Source: Chrysomallon squamiferum
Taxonomy: Eukaryota > Animalia > Mollusca
Reading direction: 5' to 3'
Length of the DNA: 64,000 bases
Assembly (NCBI GenBank): GCA_012295275.1
Contig: CM022678.1
Span: 620,001 to 684,000 of the forward strand
The first letter of the stretch is position 1, and every line of letters begins with the position of its first letter. The notes under the pieces are model-generated. The model did not search any database. It was not told the origin of the DNA and worked only from the letters and a program-made list of their open reading frames with translations. Below are positions 35,606 through 48,822 of the stretch, piece by piece. The position numbers and the translations under genes were made by a program.

Positions 35606-38600
35606 CTACACACACTCACAACCACACACACACATCCACAGACACAGAAACAAACACACACACACACAACCACACACACTCACAACCACACACACTCCTC
35701 TTCTTGTCTGTCTGAAAACACACATCACTGAATTCAAACACACACACACACACACTCACAACCACACACAGAGACATACACACACACACACACTCACAAC
35801 CACACACAGAGATGTACACACACACACACACACACACACACTCCTCTTCTTGTCTGTCTGAAAACACATCACTGGATCCAAAAAATACACACACACACAC
35901 ACACACAGAAACAAAAACACACACAGAGACATACACTCAATATGTAATGGACACATTATTTGATTTAATTATTGAATGTATGATGTTTTAACTAGAACAG
36001 TTCACAGAATAAAAATAAAATTAAAATAATAATAATAAAGAATAAAAAATAAATTAATTAAATAAATACATTATTTATTGTTAACTGATTGACATATGGC
36101 AAAAGGCACAAAGTATCATTGATGAAATAAAAGAGATCAATAAAATATATAAAAAGCATAATAAAATATAATTGAGTGAAATAATATATATATATAATAA
36201 AACAAAGAAAAAACTTAGTAATACCATAAACAAAACAAAATAATAATAATCTGATAATAATAAAAACAACAACCTTGTTGGCACACACACATATGACAAC
36301 ATTTTCAGCCTCTGCCTTGTCTCCCATCTCCCCCAACATCTCCGACACCCAGGAATCGAGAGCCTCGAAACTTGACCTGTCTGTCACGTCAAACACGAGC
36401 AGCGCCCCCTGTGTGTCTCGATAGAACTCATTTCTAACCTGTAGTAAATACTTACTTTATACATTTACACATATTTATATTTTCAATCATTTGTGTCATA
36501 AATTATTGTTGTAACACAATTTATGAATGTAATGTTTTCATCAGCACACTTGTAAGTCTTACAACACACTGGTCAGTCTTAAAACACACTTGTAAATCTT
36601 ACAACACACTGGTCAGTCTTACAACAAACTGGTCAGTGATACAACACACTTGTCAGTGTTACAACACACTGGTCAGTCTTACAGCACACCGGTCAGTCTT
36701 ACAGCACACTTGTCAGTCATACAGCACACTTGTCAGTGTTACAACACACTTGTCAGTCATACAGCACACTTGTCAGTGTTACAACACACTTGTCAGTCAT
36801 ACAGCACACTTGTCAGTGTTACAACACACTGGTCAGTCTTACAGCACACCGGTCAGTCTTACAGCACACTGGTCGGTGTTACAGCACACTGATCAGTCTT
36901 ACAGCACACTCGTCAGTGTTACAACACACTGGTCAGTGATACAACACACTGGTCAGTCTTACAACACACTGGTCAGTGTTACAGCACACTGGTCAGTCTT
37001 ACAACACACTTGTAAATCTTACAACACACTCGTCAGTCTTACAACACACTGGTCAGTCTTACAGCACACTCGTCAGTCTTATTGCACACGTGTCAGTCTT
37101 ACAGCACACTTGTCAGTCTTACAGCACACTCGTCAGTCTTACAACACACGTGTCAGTGTTACAGCACACTGGTCAGTCTTACAGCACACTCGTCAGTCTT
37201 ACAGCACACTGGTCAGTGTTACTGCACACTGGTCAGTCTTACAGCACACTGGTCAGTCTTACAGCACACTGGTCAGTCTTAGAACACACGTGTCAGTCTT
37301 ACAGCACACTCGTCAGTCTTACAACACACGTGTCAGTCTTACAACACATGTGTCAGTCTTACAGCACACTGGTCAGTCTTAGAACACACTCGTCAGTCTT
37401 ACAGCACACTCGTCAGTCTTACAACACACGTGTCAGTCTTACAGCACACTTGTCAGTGTTACAACACACTTGTCAGTCTTACAACACACGTGTCAGTCTT
37501 ACAGCACACTCGTCAGTCATACAGCACACTCGTCAGTCATACAGCACACTCGTCAGTCTTACATCACACTCGTCAGTCTTACATCACACTTGTCAGTCTT
37601 ACAACACACTTGTCAGTCTTACATCACACTTGTCAGTCTTACAACACACTTGTCAGTCTTACAACACACTTGTCAGTCTTATTGCACACTGCTCCGTTTT
37701 ACAACACACTGGTTAGTCTTACAACACACTTGTCAGTCTTACGACACACTTGTCAGTCTTACAACACACTTGTCAGTCTTACAGCACACTCGTCAGTCTT
37801 ATTGCACACTGGTCAGTTTTACAGCACACTGGTCAGTCTTACAACAAACTCAAAATAACAAAGAAATAAACAGTTTACCTCATAGAATATTGGGTGTCCA
37901 GCCATGTCAAAAATATTTACTTTCACTTCTCTGTCTTTTACACTGATTCTGAAACAAAAAATAAAATGAATATTAAAATTAAAAATACAAAAGTACAAAA
38001 ATACAAATAAATAAATATATAAATAAATGAATAAACAATAACTATATAATGAATGAATGAAAAAATAAATACACACCCACACACACAAATAAATTATCGG
38101 TTAAATGGTTTATTTTATGAGTGTTAAATTTTTGACCGATACAAATGAAAACAGTTGAAAGTCTGATGTTTGTGTGTGTCACTGTGTGTGTATTTATATT
38201 TATGTATATGTATAGACAGATAGATAGACAGACAGATATATATCTACCTATTATATATGTTTACACATATACACACATACCCCAACATTACATACATACA
38301 TTCTCACTCATATAATTATTATATTAACAAACAAAAACAAAAATCTTACTTGGTCACTCCATAGTCTATGCCAATAGTGGCAAGATATTTATGTACAAAT
38401 CTTTTCTCACAGTATCTTTTTATTATACAGCTCTGAAAGAGAACAGAAAGTCCACAGTATTAACTAATATAATATTTTACTGATATAGCATAACATATAT
38501 TCAATATTTAAAATATATTTATTAACATATTTCTGATTTTCTCTAGAGGTGTATTATAAACATTCTTATTTATCTCGCTCTACCACTTTTTGGAGCTGTT

Positions 38601-38614
38601 GTTTTTACTGAACA

Positions 38615-38647
<33 letters not shown>

Positions 38648-38868
38648 GTAATTAAAATACTTTGCTGTGCGATAAACTAATGTTTATTTACTTGCAATTT
38701 CTTCCATTCATACATATACATGATTAAAACATAATCTACTAGATCATCAAATAATAAATACATAAATAAATAAATAATCACTTTTCCCACTTCTGCATTT
38801 CCCATGCTGATGATTTTAATCCTCAAAGGCTGTTTTATTTTGAAACCACTTTTTGTAAAACTCGACAT
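32006..38868 (-). CDS. DNAJC27: DnaJ homolog subfamily C member 27 (RBJ; Rab-like GTPase plus C-terminal J domain), 7 exons
   Basis: GT-AG exons 38868-38782, 38432-38350, 37948-37879, 36438-36274, 35458-35342, 33470-33310, 32144-32006. They give [94 protein letters not shown]. The last exon has compensating indels and an in-frame TGA as assembled. Confidence 0.93.
32085..32845 (-). repeat. Six tandem copies of the DNAJC27 last-exon acceptor plus first ~60 coding nt, separated by (TATG)n/(TG)n
   Basis: tttgacag|AGATGATGTGAACAAGGCGTACAGGAGACTTGCTGTGTTGTTGCATCCAGACAAGAGTGTG repeated at roughly 125-155 bp intervals. Confidence 0.92.
33686..34170. repeat. Four copies of a ~105-bp unit ending in (AAT)n, in DNAJC27 intron 5
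   Basis: aatttagtatttgttaatctgacccattccaagattattta... starts near 33686, 33791, 33896 and 34004. Confidence 0.9.
34390..35335. repeat. Degenerate AT-rich minisatellite (aacactattagtaat...aagtgaagatgtaaaa)
   Basis: Visible variable-length tandem units in DNAJC27 intron 5. Confidence 0.85.
35441..35900 (-). repeat. Three extra copies of the DNAJC27 exon-5 acceptor plus first 18 nt, interspersed with (TG)n
   Basis: actcctcttcttgtctgtctgaaa at ~35441 (true exon), ~35520, ~35693 and ~35840. Confidence 0.88.
36543..37846. repeat. 20-bp minisatellite (acagcacacttgtcagtctt), about 65 copies, DNAJC27 intron 3
   Basis: Perfect 20-bp phasing in the listing; explains ORFs 36636-37946. Confidence 0.95.
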
Positions 38869-38899
38869 GTTTACTGTCAAGGGTAAACAGTAATTTTAA

Positions 38900-39310
38900 C
38901 TGGCTAATGAAACAGTATTTTGTAAACGGAAATCCAGAAAAATATTAAAGTTTACAAAATCGAAATGGGTAATCATAGCAACAGCACTACGCTGACGAAA
39001 CAAATAATGTTTTTCAACATCTAAACACAATCAGGACATTACTAAAGTCTTTAGCAATCACTCGACGGGTACACCTTCGGATTTAAAGTTAAAAAGTTAA
39101 ACAATATAAAATTTGCCCAAGTAAGTTGGTGAAAATAAAAACATTCAGCGTTATTCAAGCATGCACCGGACATGACACATTCAGACCGGAAGCAGACGTA
39201 AATCCAGCGGAATATGTAGCGAACAGTTTTATCGGCTATGAAGCAGGGCGAACTAGAGAATTGGGAAATAGGTTGAGGTTTGGGGAACGATTACTACTCT
39301 GCGTATTTTA
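38900..39310 (-). promoter_or_regulatory. Probable DNAJC27 promoter region (locally CpG-rich, ETS-like ACCGGAAG at 39185-39192)
   Basis: Immediately upstream of the ATG, with visibly more CpG than the flanking introns. Confidence 0.4.
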
Positions 39311-39405
39311 TTAATCATTTTATCGTCTTGCTTCATTGAATACGGTTTTAATTGTCTTTAATGATTCCTTCGTAGTTTACAACTCGTGTAATCTGAAATA
39401 ATGAA

Positions 39406-39443
<38 letters not shown>

Positions 39444-41811
39444 TTCGATTCATTCATGGATCGATAGATTTCCTTTAATTTCATATTTTTGGTGCGTTAA
39501 TAATTACTCAGCTTCTATATAATTTTTATACTAATTTTGCGTATAACTTGTGTAATGGATGGAACCAGCTAACTGAATTTTAAGCAAAACAAGAAATCAA
39601 TCAATCAATAATAAATAAAACGAAAATAATAATAATAATAATAAACAAATATAAAGATGAACATGAAAAAAGAAATTAAAAAAGAGCAAGAAACAAACAA
39701 AATCAAAAGAAAAAACAGTCCAACCAGTCTTCCACTCATTAATAATTACATTTAAAATAAACAGACATCTTCATTAAAAAGTTATAAAACAGACTTGTAC
39801 TCATCAGTAATTACATTTAAAATAAAGTTTCACATCTTCGCTAGAAACTGGATTTGTACTTGTTAAACATTGTCAGATAAGAGAAAATGATTAGAAATAT
39901 TAAGGTTTTATATTGTGTTTAATATTACAAATCTGTTATTTTGAAATCAAGAAACATCCAACTCTCAGTTCTAAGATGCTGCAATGTGGATATTTGACAA
40001 AAACAACAAAAACTCACAAACCATTTGAACATTTACAGATGTAAATGAATAAATTAATGAAGAACATGATATATCTTTGTTATAATTTATGTGAATACTG
40101 ATGGCAGCCAAGTGCTAAGATTGTTAGTATTACTTCAAAATGCAAGTAATTTTTACAGTGTGTCAGTATCTACAGTTTTGTGTCTTCTAAAAGCAAAATT
40201 TAACTTTACACAGACAGAATTGTAACATGCTTCAAGCATTCTGTATATCTTGTGTAATAGAAGAAACTGAAAATTATTTGCAAAATAAAATTTTCTTCCA
40301 TGAACAAATTAGAAGAGGCAGGAAAAAATAAATAAATAAAATACACCTGCATCATCTGATGGAATATTTGTATCGTGTATTCAACTGTTTAGAACAAGAT
40401 AACAGGATTATGTTATTAATCAACTAGAGGGATTTCTTTTTCATTTTACAAGAAAAAACAAACTTGATAACAATTATTTGTGTGAATTGTGCAAGAGAAG
40501 GAAAACAAATGTTCTGAGTTTAAAATAGTATTTTTAAATTCTTTTTTGCATTACCCTCTTATGATTAATTATATATATATATATATAACAAAATAAAATA
40601 AAACAAAAATAAAAAGTTATAAGCCAGAGTTCTACTCAGGAATAATTACATTTGAAATAAAGAAACTGATCACTAGAAAGTTATAAACAACATTATAATT
40701 TTTTGTGATTATATTTAAAACAAATTCTGATGTCTTCACTAGAAACTCAATTTGAATCATCATTAATAGTTACATTTCATCACATACAATGGAAACTGAT
40801 TATAAGTAATATGGGTAAGAAGTGTTCTGTGTTTAGTATAAGAAAAACTGATGTGTACAAAGTGCCTGCCAGCAATGAGTCAAGAAAAGATGCAGCTGTC
40901 TGCTATAAGATGCAGTGTAAATTATTTGTCACAAAACATATTACATAAAAAAATATATATAACACTTAAAAAAAATAGTATGAAAGTTATTAAATTATAA
41001 AAGCAGACAAGTTTCATATGTTCAGTTCAAGCAACATTTCAACTTTGAATGATACAATGAATAACATGATATATACTTTGTCATATCAGTACTGAGTACA
41101 ACGACTATTTGAATGGAGTCTGACATGTTAATTTTACAGTATGTCTGTATCTACAGTTGTGCTTCCTGAAAGTTTTATTTAACTAATCATAACACTTTCA
41201 TTCAGTAAATCCTTGTTTCAGACGGTTTGCTAAAAACACTAATAAAATGATCTGAAGTAGTTTTCTATAAAATCTGTAAGAAACATGGAGCTGTCTGTGA
41301 TCTGTTTAAATATCTAAACTACATCTTGTCAGATTTCTCTCAGATGATGATGACAAATTTACAAAAAAATTATGTGGTGTGAAAAATAACAGTATAATAC
41401 TGGTACGATGATATACATGAAAAGAATAAAAAGTAAAATAAAACAACAACAACAACCAAACAAATACATCTTTATCACATAATTGTTTTAGTAAAGTTGT
41501 CACACAATTCTACCAACATAAAAAGATTTTTAATCATAAAATAATAATCATAATATTAACGATATTAATAAAAAAAAGTTACAATATTAAAAATATCAAA
41601 TCATATTTTTTTTTACATCAGTAATAATAATAATAATAATAATAATAAACCCCAGTAAAAAATAATAATAATAATACAAAATAAAAAACTACAAATAAAT
41701 GAAACGTAACAGCAAATGTCAACAATTAAAACTGAATATTCATTTTTACCATCCATCAAAAATGCACAAGTCACTGATTTCATATTTAACATCACAATTT
41801 CATGCTTCTAT

Positions 41812-44800
41812 TCATTGTTTTGATTTTGTTGTGTTGAAGTTTCCATGACGACCAATACCACTGGCAAATCTTTTAGCACCTGATAAAAACAAAGACATGT
41901 ATGTTGGAACTATTTAACAAAAATTTGCCTTGTCAGAATAAAAGTTAATTATTATTATTAATATTTTATGTATTATTAATAATTCTGTTTTTTATTTCTG
42001 AAATTGGATAATGGAATATTTTTAAAATTATTTTTATTTTTTTTAGGTTTACTAGATTTTGTCATTTGGTGTGTTTCTTATATCAGTGAATACATTGAAT
42101 TTAAAAACATTTTAAGGATATTTTGAAGACAGAATTTTTGTCTCTGAAGTTGTATTGCAGTGGATATTTTACCAGTGCAGTATTAACCAAAACACATGTA
42201 ATTTTTATTCTGTTTTACTTTTTAATAATTATTTTTTATTTATTTTATTATTTTCTTCTTTTTTTTGTGGCATTAGTCCATGCCATTTTTTGCACGACTT
42301 CCCAATTTAAAATCAAAGTTCAAATCCTTCTCAAGATGCACTGGGATAAATATTTGATATCACAAAAATATGTCAGCAGCTTATTGTGCGACAGTGGAGA
42401 AAGCATAAACACTGTGAGGAGGTTTTTCATTTTTAACATTAGATAAACAGTTTAGAAAAAGTTATTGACTTAACTCAACTAATTAACAATAATCTATCAA
42501 CAAACATTTACAAAAACTCATACAACAAACTCACTTATTAAACAATTAGTGAAAATATTGATCAAATAATGTTTTGTATCAAGTAAATAACATTAATAAT
42601 GATAATGATAATAATGACAATACCAATAACAATATAACAACAACAATAACAATAACAATAACAATAACAATTCTCACCTTCCACCGATTCTTCTAACACT
42701 TTACTTCCATTCTGAAACTCAAACTGGAAGGCATCGAGAGTGTTTTTGGCGTCAAATGTGCTGTAGTAGGCAGACTGCCTGTCTGCCTTCACACACAGCT
42801 GTGGGTGTTTTGCGATTTCCTTAGCAAGCTGAACAGCCTGGCCTAGTGCTGGGTGTGAACAAAAATAAACATAATTAAAAAAATAAAATTACACGAGCAC
42901 AGTGGGAATAGTGATACAAAAAAGTGGTATTATAAAAGCAGTGTTAGTAAGTTAGTAAAATACTGTCAGACAACTAACAGTGGCTGTATATTTAATCCTC
43001 AATGTGTTATCCCTGCATGGAGAATAACACTATATTTAAAATTCAAGCAGAATAAAACAAGAATGCAGTGTATGCAATAACATTTTATTTTTATTTCTAT
43101 TTCTTAAATTTCTGTTAACCTCTTGAGTACATTTAGTAACTGGTATAATGATCATGAATTTAGTTTTAATTTAAATCTTCAGTTTATAATATAATATAAT
43201 GTGGGTTTTTCACCAGTCCAGTACAATGTTTGTTTCTACTGCAGATCCATTACCTTCCACTGTATGATAATGCCCAGCACATTAGTGAAGATATAATTAA
43301 TATTATACAATATTTTACAATAAATATTTTAACTATCATGATTTTAATATTTTTTATTTACATCAATTACCATAATGAAATATATGTATTAAATTATGTT
43401 TAAATGTGTAAATTATTATAATGAAATGAACTGTATTATTAAAATAATTTATTTATATAAATTGTGATAATGAAGTGTCAGTATAATATTTTTTTATTTA
43501 TATAAATAATAAACTATCATTTGTATGTATTATGTTAAAATATTTTAGTAGTGTGAATTATGGAAACAAAATATATACAATAATAAAAATACACAAGGCT
43601 TTTTTAAAGTTATGATAAAAATAAATTCCAGTTTGGATATTAGGATTTAATGCTGTTATTTTCCTGATTAAAAGCTAGAGGTAGACATTTTTTTGTTATT
43701 ATTATTTTTTTTCCCAGGCTGTTTGCAATTTTAATTGTAGTCTGGTTTTAAAAACTGTAATAATAATCTGATATTTAAAAACTGCCCCAAACACTGAAAC
43801 AACAAGCAGAACTGTTACCAAATCTGTTACGACAACAAGATAAAGACTGATAGTAATTGTCAGAATCAGAGGTCTGACAAAAATGTGAAAATATGTTCTG
43901 TGTTAGATTTAATTTGTAAAACAGAACCAAAACATGAAGAAAAAGAATAGAAGAAAAAAAAAAGGCATCCGAGACATACCAGCTCCCGTGGCAACGACCC
44001 GATTAGCCAATCCAAACTGTAGTGCCTCTTTAGCAGACAGAGGTCGTCCAGTCAAAATGAGGTCAAGGGCACGAGAAAAGACCAATCAGCTGTGGCAGCC
44101 TAACAGTGCCTCCATCTAGGAGTGGCACACCTGAAATAATGTGTTTTAAAAAACACTTTTATGTGCCAGGAAAAAAATTAATAATAAATAAATGAAAAAT
44201 ATTTTTTTTTAAATATATGATAAAATAAATTAAATTAAAAAACAAAAATCCAAAACAAAAATAAACAAACAGTGAATAAAACAGTGACAGAGATTAATAG
44301 ATTAATCAATGGCCAGAACATCGTAATTACAAGCAATTAAATATTAATTTATAATTTATATATTTCTCTTTTTTTGCAACGATTATAAATATTACTTAAT
44401 ATAAAATTTCATAACAATGAGAAAACTGCATTAGAATAACATTGTTTGTTTCATATTTGTGCATCTGTTATATATTTGTAAACTTTCTGCATAACAAATA
44501 TGTATAAACAAAATTTATAAAGAAAAGAGAAGAATCTCAGTGTTTATTATACATTAAGACAGTGAATGCAAACATTTCTTTTACAATAACTTTATCATAA
44601 AACATAAAACACACAATACTGTAAAATAAGAATATTTTTAGATTTTCTTTTACGTTTATTTAACATTTGTTGTTAAAAAAGCATTATTTTGTAAAAATTT
44701 AAAATTTAAGAACACTTTTCAGTTTTAATTCACAATGTTTTTAACTTTTAACAATAAAAATGTCTTATTTTGAATGTATGTAAAATTTAAATTATGTTTA

Positions 44801-46760
44801 TTCTAAATTAACACACAAATTTAATGATTAATCTATACTACACACTATGTAAAACACACAATATTATCTTTTATTATTTAATGTAAAAAAAACAAAAAAA
44901 TAAATAAATAAACAAATATACACCCACACAATTCTGTAAAATTTATTAATCCTCTTAAGTTTTCATAACATTTATCATTAAAAAAAAACATTATTCTAAA
45001 ACAATGTAAAATTTCAAAATGCTGTTCCCTCCACACACAAAATCTTACCAAACCTTCTAGAGAAAACGCCCATGATGGCAGACTCCTCCACGACTCTGAG
45101 GTCGCACATACACGCCAGCTCCAGACCCCCCCCAACCGCGTACCCAGCCACTGCAGCAACCACCGGCTTGGAACACAGCATCCGTGACGGCCCCTACTTA
45201 GATAACAACAAACTCACTTTATCTTCAAAAAACTTCATCAAATAAATCACAATACTGAACAGAAATGCTGATCTGATTATAGTTCATTATTCACTTTTAA
45301 AAATGTGGAAGTAATTTAAAACTTTTGAAAATGTATGTTTCTTTCTTATAAAAACTTTTCTTGTGTGGTAAAACGTATCAAAATGAGAAATTAAAAACAA
45401 ATTCTTTAGATTTAAATGTTTTCAATATATTATAAACTAGGACTCAAAATAAATAGACCAAACAAGAAGTAATGACTAATGCATGTATCTATTTTTATAC
45501 AATGAAAAGTTTAACTATAAATACAACAATTAATAAAAAATAATAATAATAATTAACAAATATTTATACACAAATCAAGTGATGTAAACGTTACCATGGG
45601 TGCACTGTCAGACTCTGCTGGTGGTTTGAAAAGATCTGTTACTGACATGTCGAGCTGAGACAAATATTTCAAATCATAGCCAGAGCAAAACACACCACCT
45701 GTCAAACTAAAACATTTCAATCTCAACATTTTCCACCACTTATCAGCTACATCAGTAATCAGTCACAATAGCTACTAATCTTTAATAACAACAAAGTTTA
45801 ACAATAATAAATCAAATGTTATCTAAATTAAAAAATTTCAACTGACTACTGAACTTTAATAAAAACAAAGTTTAATAGTAATAAGTCAATCAGTCATTAG
45901 TACAGTCTAGTTAACTGTTTTGTTATTAGCAAGTAAACTTTGATAATAACAATACTAAATCAGTCAAATGCTACCAGTCAATTTACCATTTTATTACTGG
46001 CTACTAAACGTAGATAATAACGAAGTTTAACAAAAACAAACATGTCACTGATCTCATGTCTAGATGTATTTAACTATTTTGTTACTGGGTATACAACTTT
46101 AATAAAAACAAAGTCAATCATTGGTACAAATCTAGTTAAACGTTTTATTATTAGCTACTAAACTTTGATAATAACGACGTTTAGCAGTAATAAATAAGTC
46201 ACCACTCTCACATCCAAGTGCATTTAACTATTCTTTTATTAGCTACTAAACTTTGATAATAATGTTTAACAGCAAGAAGTCAAATGATTAATTCGAGTGA
46301 ACTGTTTTGTTATTAACCACTTATCTTTTGCATTTTACTATTTTTTTCTATAAATTTCATAGGCAATTAGATGTAAGATTTAAAACTGCATCCAAATAAT
46401 TGAATCATCAAGTTTTATACTTTTAATATATATATATACACATACATACACACATACTTATATATGTCCAAGGGGATGAAGTATTTTTTTTTTATTTATG
46501 AAATCTATCATATTTTAATCAATAATTTATGCATTCATACATTAAGTTTTGTAACAGTATCCATGGAAACCAAAAATCTACTTTTATTACCATGTCCATA
46601 AAGAACTGCGACAAGAGAGTCTTCTTTCTCAAACTGTCTAAAAGCGTCTATTAGCTGTCTCGAGGTCTCAGGATTCACACAGTTCCGCACCTCTGGTCGA
46701 TTGATTCCAATCATAAGTATCTGTCCATGTGTCTCTGTTAAAATCAGTTCTAAAAATAGA

Positions 46761-46803
<43 letters not shown>

Positions 46804-47687
46804 TATTAAATGCATGTTAACAACTAATTGTATCAACAAATTGGTTTGTGGTAAATAACATAATAATTATGTATTACACTGTATTTACAGATACACAATG
46901 TTTTTAAGTTATTTTAATTTAAATTTCAGTTTTAATGCAGACAATTAACATAACATAATGAATTTATTCTAGATTAAATATATTTTCTTTAATAATGATT
47001 TAACAATATTTTTGATTATTATTATTATTATTATTAAACTCTTTTTCTTCATTTATTTACTTATTTGTTATTATTATATTTATTTTTTAAACATATTTAA
47101 CTTGTTGTTAATTTTATTCTTAGACTTCATTAAAATAATTTATAAGCCAAAATATCTGAAATTTATTTACATTTTGTTCTTCAAAACTTTTTCATTTTGG
47201 GCTGCTTCATTTCTCATTTTAACAATAAACATGACAAAATTAATATAAAGATTTACAAAGTAACTGAAAGTTTAAACTAAAGTTTTATTAAATTAGTTCT
47301 AATGCCTCTTAATTCACAAAAAGTTATTATAATTATCTGCTGCATACATTCATTCAAAAATTAATTTATGTAACAAAAAAGTACCGATAACTCTAACAAT
47401 TACAGATTAAAGTATAAAATGAGGCAATACTGTGAATACATTATTATTGAATAATAATTTGTCGTCTGATAAGAAAAACAGACGATCAAGGACGATTCAA
47501 AAATTGTTTTTAAAATTCATTTTCATTCACTAATTATATGAAACATACCATCTTATGCACATTGGAATGAACAAAACAATTAACTTATATTAATTTTACG
47601 TTTTTCCTTTGTCGAGATTTGTCTTAAAGCTGTTTTTCTTACAGTCGTTGTTCGAAGCAAATAGTTCCATCTCGCAAAAGCCGCCAT
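41812..47687 (-). CDS. Enoyl-CoA hydratase/crotonase family protein, 7 exons, probable mitochondrial targeting peptide
   Basis: GT-AG exons 47687-47600, 46749-46591, 45698-45595, 45193-45049, 44130-43980, 42848-42678, 41879-41812. Motifs: GINRPEVRNCVN, FCSGYDL, KPVVAAVAGYAVGGGLELACMCDLRV, RRFGVPLLDGGTVRLPQLIG, DLILTGR, GAKRFASGIGRHGNF. The N-terminus MAAFARWNYLLRTTTVRKTALRQIS is Arg-rich and acid-poor. One extra base at 44076-44079. Confidence 0.9.
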
Positions 47688-47775
47688 TATCTCAACCGAA
47701 CCACGTGATTATAAGTTTAAGTGGCAGAAGAGAGTTATCTCTCTTACATCATTATTACCAAAACAACAACAACAA

Positions 47776-47824
<49 letters not shown>

Positions 47825-48350
47825 AAAACAAATAAATAAATAAAAAATAAATAAATAAACAGTAAAATAAAATAAGATAAATGATAATGTTTGTGTCTGT
47901 GTGCAGCTATGTACATATCTGTGTATGTATGCATGTATGTATGCATGTATATGCATCTACGAGTGTATGTATGTACATGAATTTATATGTGTATGTGTTT
48001 ATCCATAAGCGTATGACTGTATATCACTTTAAAAACACTAATAATATATCGTCTGTTATTAACTTTTTATGTTTATTATAAAAACAAATTTTGAATTTAT
48101 GAATTGTTTATAATTCAGAAATTCTTTACTCAGCTACAGTGACAGAAATAATATTATTATTCCACACATGCATCACTCAGTGTTCGAAATATCAATTACA
48201 AATTACAATCTCAAATACTTCATTCGTAAGTGCAAAATGTTTTACTATAGGTCTTTATAATATTCAGTGATTCGTATAATACATAACTAAACAACAGAAA
48301 AAGATAATGAAGACGAAAGAAAAGGAACTAAAGAGGAAGTAAGACGAAGT

Positions 48351-48381
<31 letters not shown>

Positions 48382-48822
48382 AAGAACGTTCTGTTCATAT
48401 TTACAGTCGACGTCCATTTCTGTACATTCATTTACATTCTGTGATTTCTACTCTGGAGTACACTAAAATAGACCTGTCTCTATTTTATATATTCTCTATG
48501 CGGTTTGTTCTGCATTTCTCAGTAATCTGTTACATGTGTCGAATAAAAGTAGTTTTTTAACTTCACACCGCACTGGAATATGTTATTATCATACATTTGT
48601 TTATCACAAGTGAAAATCTGTATCTCCGACAATCCATGACTTTATGTGCACTCACAATTCTACTACAGCGACGACGTTGTCCTGTTCGTATCATACATAT
48701 AATAGCGACGACATCATGCACTTAATACTTAACAATAACGACGTTTCATGCACCGACTCTTCCACTAAAGCGACAAGGTTCTGTACTCAGAACAAAAACG
48801 AACGTTTGTACAGAGTACACCA

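Noticed and set aside
36636-37946. Several long overlapping ORFs (up to 248 aa)
   Set aside because: They are translations of the 20-bp minisatellite inside DNAJC27 intron 3.
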